Positions 50,295-62,706 of a stretch of 64,000 bases of DNA are shown one piece after another. The notes beneath the pieces are model-generated. The model worked only from the letters and a program-made list of their open reading frames with translations, was not told the DNA's origin and did not search any database. This stretch comes from Bispira polyomma (lineage: Eukaryota). Every line of letters starts with the position of its first letter. The stretch's first letter is position 1. Both the position numbers and the translations under genes were made by a program. The DNA is taken from assembly GCA_965649765.1 (NCBI GenBank), contig OZ287749.1:35278001-35342000 (forward strand). The letters run 5' to 3'.

Positions 50295-52502
50295 GTGAGT
50301 AAGGAGGAATGTGTATGTGTAATTCCACTCTACTCATGCTAGTGGCGTGGCCAATATATTACACAGTCAAAATACAACTATCTTATTGGAACCATCTTTA
50401 TGAAAGCTCCCTGGCTAAAACTCATTAATCTTTCAGCTCAAACCAACGTTAGTTAGATCTTTACCCATTGAAGTCTATAACCAGTTTTTCCCTGAAACAA
50501 GATATGAGAAAATAAATGACCTTGCTGTGTTACCTTTGACAGTTACCGTTAGATACTTTACTTAGAAATGTTAAAACTAATGGTATTCATATGCTTCTCA
50601 CAGTAATAGTTTTAGATTGGCTATGTTCTATGGACTGTAATATAATCATGAAATAGATATTCCATATTTATTTGTTTTTATTATGTGTGCTGTAAACAAA
50701 ACAATGAACGCTTTTAATATTCTGTCCAGTAAAAATAAGAGAAATACTGAAGGTTAGTGAACCATTTCATTATGGCAAAGAGCTTTTTGGTGTATTTTTA
50801 GCAAAGAATACAAACTCTCCAACGTAGTTATTCTCAGAAGTAGTTTACCCTCATCCCCAGCAAAGATCTATATCACGTGGACAGCTTGGTTATATGGCTT
50901 AATAAGAATCATTCCAAGCCTTTCATCCTGATGGTTTGTTCTGGGTTCTCAATCCCTTGACTTTCCACTCCTATAGATTCATTACTGTAGAAGACGTGAG
51001 ATAGCAACTCACTGGCCTTAACTCACAGTGTTCCCAGTTAAAACTTCATGACACGCTGTGCTACTCACACACTTAAACTTGTATACATTAGCTCATTCAT
51101 TATGTGATATATTCTAACAAGTTCCTTTTAAAAAAACAATACAAATATGAACATTTCGACCAATGTTGTTAATATACAGAGTTGGAAAGGTGAGTAATGT
51201 CCATATATTTGAGCCTCAGCCAGGCTAGGTGTTACATTAGGGGATCTACTACACGTCAGTCTACACTTACCACAGTAATGTCTATAAATATTTCAGCCTC
51301 AGACAGGCTAGGTGTTACACTGGATCACATGGGATCTACTACACGTCAGCCTACACTTACCAGTCTACTCGCCCCAACACAGGGACTTAAACTCACCTCC
51401 AGCTACCGCCTTAGCCTTCAGTTTAATAACACCTATAATTACTCAGATAATTACTTAAATTCGTATCTTCTGTCATTGTTTCCCTGAATTCAGACACCAA
51501 CCTTCAAAGCTTTCACTCTACCCACCAGTGTAGCAGCCTGTAGTTACCGCCCACCACCTTTACAGATCCTACTCGGGTATATAGACAAACAGCCACCCTC
51601 CTGTCGGTACTTCTGGCCCTAGTTAAATCAAAGGCACGAGTGATTGAAATCCCTTCTATTTTTTTTAATTTTTTTTGTCTTTTTTATTTGTAGGTTATGG
51701 AGCGCTGATGTAGGAAGTGATTTGCCTGTGTCAATCTATTAAACAGAAGAAAAAAACGTGTATGGAAATGTGAGCTCTGTATCATTATTTAGAGCTGAAC
51801 AGTTAAAAGTCGTTTTTTGCTAATTGAGGGATGTCTTTAAAGAGAAGTCAGTGACCAGAGAGAAAGCTACAGTGAGGGCCAATAATACTGGACTTGTATC
51901 CACTAGTACTGTGCTCCCGGGAGATGGACAGCACTTGACCTCAACAGTCACCCCTGGAAAAAAGTCGTCTGCTCAAGTCATGTTCTACACCTCACTGCTA
52001 CAAAACAATCAATTATATTGGCGGGAAAACGGGCCGTTTTCTAAAAGCGGTGTCTGCTGTCACTAATCAATTAAACCCCTCCAATCTTGTCAATATTTGT
52101 CTCACTCTGTGTTAATACTTGATAAATACAGAGAACTGGATGAAAAGTGTATGTCTGTCTACACTACCTTGTTTATAACTTTGTTCACCTGATTTGTTCA
52201 GTTTACAGAAATGATCCTGTTTCCCTTTTCCATGGAGAAAAAAAGCACAACCACGCTCCAATTAAATTAGTAGAGCAGGAAGATATTGCTTTCCCACTAC
52301 AAAAACACAACTCCATTTAGAGCACACGTGGTTGGGAGTTGCTTTTCTATTTGACTTCAGCATATTAGTTTCCCCTTCCTCTCTAGACGGAACCCCTCAG
52401 GGAAAAACAACACTCTTAATAAGGTTTGCTTAACGTTGCCAAGGCACCCCAGCTGATTCCTTGTAATCTAATCCCTCATTGGTTCCGCCCTGTTTACTAT
52501 AC

Positions 52503-53903
52503 ATGTCTAAAATGTCAGTTTTCCTAGTTGCCCCGGCCAATGAAAAGCAGTGTATTGATTCCACAGAAGAGTTACTGACGACCACTTCCCCAGTCTCGGA
52601 TTGCAGCAGTAGTGCTGATGCAACGAAAGCGGTGACAAGTGGCGCGGGAACAGAGCACAGCAGGCAGACGACATTTAAAGAGGACGGCAGTGAGGGTGTG
52701 TTTGGTGAGGTAATTACTGTGAGTAAACTAGTGGGTCAAGATGGTGGCAGGGTTCTGGGGATGGACCCCCGTACATTATCAGCCTGTACTCACAATACAC
52801 AGGCAAACCAGTCTTTTAGTACACACCCTATGAATAAAGGCACTGTCAACGACGGATATAGCTCTGGGGAGATTGAGCTCAAATATTACGGACCTGGTAT
52901 GAGTAATAACAACAATTCTAATGGGGAGACAGAAAAGACTGGTACTTCTCTGAACAGCAGTAACTCCCCGGCTGCAGGGGGCAACACTAGCAGTAACAGA
53001 AGCCCCAGTGGTTGTAGTTTTCACAGTACAGGGGGCTTACTAGGGTCCCCTGCTACCAAAAAAATGCCCTCCACCACGAAGACGGATAGCGATGGCAATT
53101 CCCAGGCAGGGATCAGCTCTGGTAGTGGTAGTAGTAGTGCTCAGCAGAAATATCAGTGTATTGATGAATCTGGAGCAGACAGTTGTAGTGAGAGCTCCCC
53201 CAATGTTGGCTTGGCTGCACTCAAACAACAGCACTCAAGCATTACAACAGCACACCATCACACAGCCTCTCCACGCTCTCTGCTAGCTAACACACCTAGT
53301 GTCCTACTCCGCGGTGGAAGTTTGGATGGTGCGTCCACTCTGGCCCCCAACGACAGTCAAGTAGGAGCGCGTCTAGAGGACGGTTGTGCAGGAGGAGGGG
53401 GTGGAAGCAGCCGACAGAGGGTATATGACACCCAGGGAATTAACGCTGGTCTAGAAGGCCGCCGCTCATTTAGGAATAGCCAGCGGAACACAAACCCCCA
53501 AGTACATGCCAACAGAGAGTCAGGGTTATCGGACATTGGGGCAGATTATCTGAGAGTCAATGGGGCCATACGTCCATTCAAACAGCTACAGAAGCCCATC
53601 TCTACACAATCACTTCCCTCGTCCACACAAATGAGTTTTAATAGTGAGGACTGTAGTGGCATTGCCCTAGTTGGGGTGGATAAAGAGTACCCCAAATATA
53701 CTGAGGAACAACTCGCAAACAATAAGCCTGTCCCTGGCACAGAGGACATTGACAAGCCCAACGTGGGCTATAGGCTCGGTAAAAGGAAAGCCCTATTTGA
53801 AAAACGTAAACGGATATCTGACTATGCTCTGGTGTTCGGTATGTTTGGGATAATTGTGATGGTAGTGGAGACAGAACTGTCCATGGCCAAAGTTTATGGA
53901 AAG
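52503..53903 (+). CDS. KCNN: Small-conductance Ca2+-activated K+ channel (SK/KCa2), N-terminal coding exon through S1; 3' partial
   Basis: The ORF ends in [43 protein letters not shown], the conserved SK pre-S1/S1 sequence. Phase-0 donor AAG|GTAGGT at 53903/53904 matches the known SK intron position after S1. The 5' boundary is uncertain: ATG 52503, acceptor TTTTCCTAG ending at 52527, or a later Met. Confidence 0.93.
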
Positions 53904-55107
53904 GTAGGTTTAGACAACTTTATTATGTGTTCATATGTGAACACTGTGTATATTTTAACCCATTTTAGATAAAATACCTGTATGTATTAAGCAGTTGCAC
54001 GTAATATTGTTCTTTTGTTAAAACCGGTTAGTGTAGTTATTAAATTGCATGTTTCACCTTGAAAAAATTATTTCTCACAAACTTATTGCAGTATTTAGTA
54101 ACTATGATAAAATACATTAGATAGGGAGGCTAAAAAAAGCAACCATATTGGCTGCTAGATGAGATGTAAAGTGAGATGTTGTTTAATGGAGTGCCTACAG
54201 CAACACGTAGATTGAGTCCTTGACATTTTACAGGCTACATTGTTTAATTACCTTCTCAGAGTTCGCTAAAAATAGCCAAGAAGTAAAAAAGGGCTGCTGC
54301 ATTTTTGTATCTTGGTTGTGCCGCCTTTAAAAGCCTGTGTAGCGAGTAATCAGAGCTGGCCTTTCTCCCCCACTTCCATTAGTGGCATTGTGTCCTGTGT
54401 AAAAGAGCAGCTCATCCACAATGAATGAGGCTTGTGACCTGTGGTCTCTCTCACCTTGTACATTGAAGGGAAGGCCCCAATCCTCAGCTCTACCAATATT
54501 CTACTCAGACCTTTGGCTTGTTTTCTCTTCAAACAATCTTATTATTAGGCTGGTTACCGCTTTTCAAGGCAACTAAGCTCAATACATTAATTACTGTATG
54601 CAGGTTCACCAAGTAAATAGCCAGATCACTGGTCTGATCTTTGGGTATTTTTTAGAAGACACATCAATGCATGTGAAGTGAAATGGAGATAAAAGAACTG
54701 TGCACCTATCTGAGGTCATTGAAATGGCATGTTTTTGTATGAATTAATTGTACACCAGAGAAGTCAGTTCAGGCATATGTATGTGTATATAATGATCGAT
54801 CCACTTGATACTGAAGTACACAAACAAAATAGCACACTAAAGAATTGCGTAGTGAGCAATCCCAAAGAGAACAGCTGTGTTGTACAAAGCAGCAGCATCT
54901 CTATATTTACATCTCTACAGACTCTTTACAGTAACATCATCAAGCTCAACAACACACAGCCCCCCCCCCCCTCTATACCACCCCCTCCCTGTACAGCTAG
55001 CCCACTCTTTTTTATCCTATATATTGGGAAGTGCTGGCTCACTCATTACTCTCTCTATGACTACTCACTTTTACAGCCACACATCCAGACTGCTGTCCAG
55101 GTTTTCT

Positions 55108-55108
<1 letters not shown>

Positions 55109-55147
<39 letters not shown>
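55109..55147. repeat. (AC)n microsatellite
   Basis: About 19 uninterrupted AC units. Confidence 0.95.
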
Positions 55148-55148
<1 letters not shown>

Positions 55149-58100
55149 TTTGTACATCTTATAGACTGTCATACTAGGCTGCTGTTACAGCAATTACACT
55201 TAGACTAGTTACTCTCTGGATTACAGCCACATACTCTGTAAATACAAATTGTCGCTATGAATTAATTTTAGCTATTTTTGACAACCATCTTGAAAAATTC
55301 AAATAATTCACTGTGAAGCAGTTTTTAAGTTGTGTTGATGCTGTAATATAGCCAATAGTGGAAATTAATTCTGGTGGTAATTTCTTAGTTATTCCAAATA
55401 TTTCAGTTTTTAACACATACCAGTATCCTACCAGCAATATATCATGTCACTTTTGCACGCTGTACTATCTTATCAAATTTCTTTTGTTTTAACTTAGATT
55501 TATATGTTCTAGTTGACTTTGTTAGACATATTGTGGTCTGCTTCCTAAGATATTCCTATACTAAATATTATTATTACGCCTTACAACCTGGTCTAATTTA
55601 CAAATACCTACGTGGCTAGTCTTTGAGTTAGACAAATAAACGTGGTGATGCTGTAAGTCGTCGATCTGTCTGTAGATTTCCCTCTGATATCACATTTTGA
55701 TACAAACTATATTGAAGTCACGTTTGTGTTGGTGACCCTCTGACATTAATATGTCACAGAGACGTCGCTAACATGGAACATGTACACTTATGATCACCAA
55801 TCTGTCACTAACATGGAACAAATACTCACATGGATCATCACTTTTAACCAAAATTAAAATCCCCCATTAAACCATGACAGAGCTACGTATCCTCAATGAA
55901 ACATTTTGAAATGTTTCGACATGTAAAACAACTTATCGTCACAGATTTATTCGTGACACATATTGAGCGACAAGTTGTGTTAATGAGACCGAGGTGTTAT
56001 AATTCATTGCCTGTGAGATGTGTACTACTTTGTCAAGCTATACTCCACCTTATGTGCTTACCTTATGTGTATGTTGTGGGATTTTGAAATTGATAATGCC
56101 TTGGTAACTGACTGGCTGGACTGCTGCACATATGTTTTCTGTCCATTCTCTAGAATTATCTGCCTATTTACACATTTTTGCCAGTGGTTGCACCAGCAAT
56201 GCCCAGAGTTGACACTATAATATCCGCAATGTACACTGTGTGATCATAAACCTGCCAATCTCGTGACAGATTTCTGTCTGTGTCATCTGTAGCTAGCTCA
56301 TGATGTAGTCTGTGGCATGCTGGACTTAGAACATTACTGTATATACCACACTCAGTGTACACTTCATAATTTACTGCATGGCATGTGTTTTTGCTTCTCT
56401 GATCTTTACATATCAAGAGAAGTAAAGCTACTTATCATGGAAGCCTTGCCGTCTTTGTCAACTACTAATACTGGAAGTTTTACTGGTAAAAACCAAATTT
56501 TATGGTATATTTTAGTTAAACCAAAGCTTCTTTCTTGTTTACAAAATTTCAATTTATCACAGATATTTAATGGAATTTTCAGTCTACTTAATGTTGTTTT
56601 CTCAAGTTTACATTCCACTAAGCACTGCAAAAAGTTTCAAGAGCAGAAACCGAGGAGTAAGGGTGTTAAATGTTAAACTCAGGCCAGGGTTTACTTTGCT
56701 CTGACCAGATCACATCACGTTAAAGCTAAGGGAGAGTGAATAGAGTCTCAGGTAATCTGTTTCACTTGGACGTTGTACAGAGTTACCTGACCTCTGACAA
56801 CTTGTCAATAATTTTCCAATTTGATTTGGCAGACGTCAAAGCTCTAAAGGCAAGAATAGCATAAAAAAATATACCAAATTATTGTAGGGTAAGAAGAAAC
56901 AGTGGAGAGTATTTGTGTGGCTTTCACCGATAGCACTTCACTCTATACATATGACGTGCCTTTAGTTTCTGTCAGTCTTTTTTTAAGATAGAATATGGTA
57001 AAGTATAAAGTTTCATGTTTGGTGCAGTAAAACTCGATATGATTAAGCAGTGAACAGCAAAAACAGTACAGGCAAAAAAGACAAACGGCCACTATAAATA
57101 ACTGTATTGTAATCAATGTATGGACCTGTGTGGCAATAACTGGCATGTATCACAAAGCCATCAAGTTACAATAACTGGGATCATATTTAGGCCAATGTTT
57201 GTAATGTCCAAGCACCACCTTTTGGTGAGTGTAAAGGCTCTTCATATCACAAAGAAATGTGTAGAATTTGAAATTTGGATTATGTGGCACGTAGATATAT
57301 CTTGTTAGTGATTTAAACCTTCTATATTTGACTTCTGATAGGACATGGATGATCATGGTATATATTGGGGATATATCTCAATGGCCAATCCAACAGCCAA
57401 ACCTTTGAATCCTATATCAACGAATTCAACCAAAAGGTCATCATATAAAGGTGAACAATGTCAAGGCTAATAATTAACTTGTGTTTAAAACTTGTCACAC
57501 GTGTCCAGTTGAATTTTATACATAGTTGACGGTGCACTATTTATCTGCCGGGAATCATCTTTGATTGGCACATAACCCCCTTTCAACAGTTTTGGACGGT
57601 GTTTTTGCTGCCCCCACTCTCAAGATTTGTAAAATGTAAGAAATAGAGTTGAAATATATGAAACAATTACTTAAACCCTAAGTTTAGATACAAGAAAAAT
57701 ATTATTTTTGAGTGGTATCAAGACGTATTAGATCCCTGAACTTTCAACCTAGATCAATATGTTATTTATGGGTCACTGGTCGTATTGGAGAAGATATGAC
57801 GTCACTATTGGTTAAGTTACATCACTAGCAATCAATTGCTTTTTATTTTATAGACAAGGGTTATGTACCCTGAAATTTTTCAACCCGATTCATCAGCATT
57901 TCAGTCATAATTATCAAGTACAGAACTATTTGGCATTTATTAAAGAAGGATAGAACAGCAAGAAATATCACCAGAGAAATCTTCTATTTTACTGCTATAA
58001 ATATTCTTGTTTAATTAGACAATCACCACGGTCCAGAGTTTACGAGGAAATGTGTCCCCTGCAATGGTGCTTTTATAACCACACAGCCAAGTGATGTAAG

Positions 58101-58572
58101 CTGGGAGTGTGATGTTAGAAATCTACTTTATGACACTTGCACTGATCAATACTTTGTTGCGTTCAGAATGGTGTGAGCACTCGAGTTAATGACATTGTTA
58201 CTGCTGCTCCCCTATTGGTCTACTCACAAAGGGCTTGTTCCCTCCGCCATTTTGGATGATCATGACAGGAAATAGGGGGCTAGGACTTCCGCCCAAGCAG
58301 GTTAATGAATAGATAGAGGCTGTAAGAGAGAAGTGGACTGAATGGATTTTCCGTCTGGACAGAACTCTGGTAATGGGACAGCTAGCCAACTTCTTTAACC
58401 AAAATTACATCTAGCATAATACAGTAGCATCCAAAGATTTCATAGCAATAGAGATATGCCAATAAAAGCAGCCAGAGCTTGCTGGTTGTTCTCAGAATGA
58501 GGATGTTATTAGGTGGATTGCTAGCTATATGTAATCTGTGGCTCTGTTATATCTGCTCTTGTATTATTAAGT

Positions 58573-58718
58573 GCCAGGATGGCCCAGTGGTTAAAAATCA
58601 CTTTGCTCTCATCTCTTAGGACACTGGTTCAAATGTCATTAGGCCCTTCATGTGGGAAAATATGTCACATTCTGTAACAGGTGAATGGTTACCTTGAATG
58701 TTTTCCTCCACCATAATA
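58573..58718 (+). mobile_element. tRNA-derived SINE
   Basis: A-box TGGCCCAGTGG, B-box-like GGTTCAAATG, body ATGTGGGAAA...TTTTCCTCCACC. Confidence 0.55.
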
Positions 58719-59400
58719 GATATGGTAACATATATCTTTACTACCAAGGTACAACTATCCTTAGATTAAACCCCTCGTAAACCTTACAGACACTTTTTCA
58801 TTCAAGGTATATATTTGCATCATATAAAACATTTCTTTTTCAAAGTTCAAGTAAATACACAAAATTGCAGATAATTTGTTATAATGAAAGAAATAACAAT
58901 AATAATGTGTATGTGCACACACTTTAATACAATGGAGATATAAGAGCAACAGTTACCCTGGAGACGGCCTCTCTAGCTGCTGAATTCTGCTGTGTGCTCC
59001 AAACAGGATCAAAATGGCCCATGTCATTGTGTGAGTTCTCCAGTTAATCACATCAGGGACCTCCTCCAAACAGTGCAATTAAAATCTGAGACACTCCCCT
59101 CACTTAAAGCTCAGGACCTGGAGCAACCAGGGTGAGGGACAAGGAAGGAGTTTGGTGGGTTTATTTCCGACAAGTCAGTGCATGTGTTAGTTGATAGACA
59201 TATACAGTTCATAACTATTTACATATTTAATATACAAGCATTAAATTTACTGATGTTTTAAAGCTTACAATGTGGATGCAACATATATTGATGGTTTCCA
59301 TTCATCAAGTAGAGACTTTAAGAAAGATTTTCCGTGCATGAAGTTTGTTCAAAAGTTTACTTAAAGCTGGTCAAGCTAAATCGCCAAGCTTTAGTTTCGT

Positions 59401-60880
59401 AAACTTGGGTGGATGCTAAAGATTTGTCTTCGTTACGCCGCCGCATCAGTGTGTGTAGAGATTTTACAGTTTCTGCTATCCTGGGAAAACTTTAACACCT
59501 AAGCTCTTGAAATTTACAGGAAATGTTCTTTATTACAAAAGCTTGCCTGGGAGTAATTTTGGCCGTATTTTGAAAAACAAAATGGCCATGACGGGCGTTT
59601 CTTTAAAAATAATCAGACTTTTAACTGTGTCTGTTTCTCACCTGTAGAAGGTTGAATCTCTTTACGGGTGATATGTTTAATGGATATATATGTCCTGTAT
59701 AAGCATGCAAACATCATGCAAATCTCCTCATTCAAGGTCATCCAGAGAGTGCTGAAGTACCCCAAGTGACCAATTTTGGCCAAACTTTCCCAGAAGTGCC
59801 TATATCTTGCTTAATATTGGCCCTAGAGGTTTGGGATCTAAAACCAACCTATAGGAAATCATGAGCAGGGAATCTTTTGATGTGCTCAGATTTGACCTTG
59901 GGCCTCTTCTTTAAGGTCAAACAGGGATGGCAAAACCTAATAGTGCCTACATTTCGCTTATTTTTGGTTAAACAGATTTTCATTGTGAAACCAACCTATA
60001 GGAAATCACGGCCTAAGAATCTTTTATGTGGTTCAATTTGACCTGGGCCCCTCATTCAAGGTCAAATGCGGATAGCCAAACTTAAAAGTGCCTATATCTC
60101 ACTTATTATTGGTCCCAGAGGTTTGGAGTGCCAACCAACCTATAGAAAATCATGGGCTGGGAATCATTTGATGTGCTCTGATTTGACCTTGGGCCCCTCG
60201 TTCAAAGTCAAATGTGGATGGCCAAACTTAAAAGTGCCTATATCGCGGTTATTATTGGTTCTAGAGGTTTGGAATATAAAACCAACCAACTACAGGAAAT
60301 CAAAGCCTGGGAATCTTTTGGTGTGGTCCGATTTAACTTTGGGGCCCATGTTCAAGGTCAAATGTAGACGGCTAAACTTATAAGTGCGTATGTCTCACTT
60401 AATATTGGTCCCAGAGGTTTGGAGTGCCAAACCAACCTATAGAGAAATCATGGGCTGGGAATCTTTTGATGTGCTCAGATTTAACCTTGGGACCCTCGTT
60501 CAAGGTCAAATGTGAATGGCCAAACTTGTAAGTGCCTATATCTTGCTTATTGTTGGTCCTAGAGGTTTGGGATATAAAACCAACCTGTATGAAATTAAGG
60601 CCTGGGAATCTTTTGATGTGGTCCAATTTGACTTTTGGCCCCTCGTTCAAGGTCAAACGGGAAGGCCAAACTTTAAAGTGCCTATCTCGCACTTATTATT
60701 GGTCCCACATGTTTGCACAATGAAACCAACTTGTGCCATCTAAGGCTTCAGCATAAATGCCCTATAGGAAATCATAGGCTTCTAGCTTGGGTGCTAGCTA
60801 GGGTGCTTGCTCCCTAGGGTGCTTTGTCTTTCTGGTGGATACAAATATGCATTGGTTCTCCTATGTGCAAGGTGTAGTTT
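59401..60880 (+). mobile_element. Second HINE-like element with ~6.5 internal ~147-bp repeats and intact 3' end
   Basis: Homologous to 42002-43447. The 3' GGTGGATACAA (60834-60844) is the reverse complement of the 5' subTIR of the first copy and is followed by a short stem-loop and TAGTTT. Confidence 0.75.
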
Positions 60881-62706
60881 ATGCTGCGTTCAGCAAGCCA
60901 CTCATAACTTATAAGTTGAAACTTGTCCAAATTTATAGTCTGTTTAGTTAAAATACAATTTAGAACCTGGACTAATAACTCCATAGCAACATATTTCTTG
61001 CATATTGGCAATGCTGCTTTATTTTTTGGAACTACTACAGCTAGCTTGCTTAAATTTAGATATATTTATTGCTATGACAGTTTGCCCACAACTTAATATA
61101 ATCTCATTTTGAAAAACAATAAGTCATTGACAAACTATGGCTCTGCTTGGTTGAAATACAATATTTAGCTATTTTATCATTTTCTACAATATAGGAAACT
61201 TTCATATGTCTGGGCCTGTAGTTAAGTGAGCAATAGCACCCATGTATCCACCGCGTCTCCAATGCGATAGTTCTAGTTTGTTATTAGTGTTGGAATATTA
61301 ATTCTATATAGGTCAGAAGACAGCAATAAATATTGAGATTACTTACTCCACTAGCTATTACCTGTGTGAATTACATACTCTACCTGATAAGTTCCTCTAT
61401 CTCTCTCTGTATAGAGCTATATTGGTGAGCTCACAAAAACAGCAGATGCACATTGTAGTTGTGCTATTTAACACTAGCTCTAATGGCTTTGTAGATGGCC
61501 ATCAATATGATATATGTACTACATGTTTCACAATGAGAGCCATGTGTGGAATCACCTTGGTGGAACAACAACTCTTCCTTATAACAAGAGTTGCCTACCA
61601 TTGCAGACGACTGTGGTGCAGCAGTAGGACCAGAACAAATGAGCAATTGGTTTGGTGTACAGACCATGTCAGATATAGGCCCCGGGTGTGTAGGTGGCTA
61701 AAGTGGTCACTGACAAACTACTGATGTCCATTCCAGCCTGAAGTGTTAGTCTACATCTGATATCATCCTAGAAGTACAGTGTAAGTAGTAACAACTGTAC
61801 ATGTGTCCTAACACTGCTGTACGCCAGTGTAATACTAGTACAGTCTATAGTAGGGTGTGATAGCTGTAAGTCATTAATATAGATGGTAATATACATCAAG
61901 TATAGCTGTATTATTACAGACACTCTGCAGTGAACACAGCACCGAGTAGAGCTGAGTAAACCTACTCACTATGGGAAACATGTGATGTTTGGTGAGGTAA
62001 TGTTGTAGCTAGAAGGTATTATGTGTGTGGAGTACACTGCTGGGAGAGTATCTGACAGCTCAGTACTCAGAGCATTACCACATTTTTATCTCACTATCTG
62101 AAGCTCTGAAAGAAAAGCACTTACTCCAGATAGCTGACAACTTACACCTACATCCTTGTCAGATTAACTCAATGGAGAAAAGTCATAATGCTGTTAAATA
62201 GAGCATCATGTGAGGAAAAACTCATTACACCTGTAGAAGGGAATATTGTCCAGTGAACGGTCAACTCTGGCAGATCTATGGCCTTTGTCTTGATAATATT
62301 ACCAGCTAGCAAGAACTTCTGACATAGACGATGACATATTTTAACTGTCTTTAGTATTTTAGTGGGTACATTCACCTGTCCTTAAATCACTTATCTCTGT
62401 GATCTGCAATAAAAAAGAAGAGGATCACACACCTCTCAATGTTCATTACCGCATACAGAAATGTTTTGGTATTGTTTGTTTCGGTCTTGATTTCTGAATA
62501 CAACTGCCATCAGGTTTTTATCTTTCTCTTTGACAATATCAGCATAAACAACCTCGGAAAAAGGATGTCATTTTATATGTTAATCTTTGAGAAAAACTAA
62601 TTAAACAAAGACACTGGAGACAGTAAGTGGAGGTCTATTTGTTGAGCCAGAGCAGTAAATCTCATTGAGATTTGTAGCTGCAATATAGACTGCAATCTGA
62701 TTGCAA

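Noticed and set aside
53904-53972. C-terminal tail of the 497-aa ORF ([10 protein letters not shown]...)
   Set aside because: Read-through into the intron after the conserved SK splice donor.
58573-58640. tRNA gene (also 4845-5018 and 23745-24020)
   Set aside because: A and B boxes are present but there is no cloverleaf or acceptor stem, and SINE-like bodies follow.
61422-61724. Fibronectin type II-like words (DGHQYDICTT, RLWCS) on + strand, or a Gypsy integrase zinc-binding relic (LLL*GRVVVPP, Y*WP) on - strand
   Set aside because: Cys spacing does not fit FN2 and there are no splice signals. The Gypsy reading needs several stops and frameshifts. Neither is supportable without a profile search.
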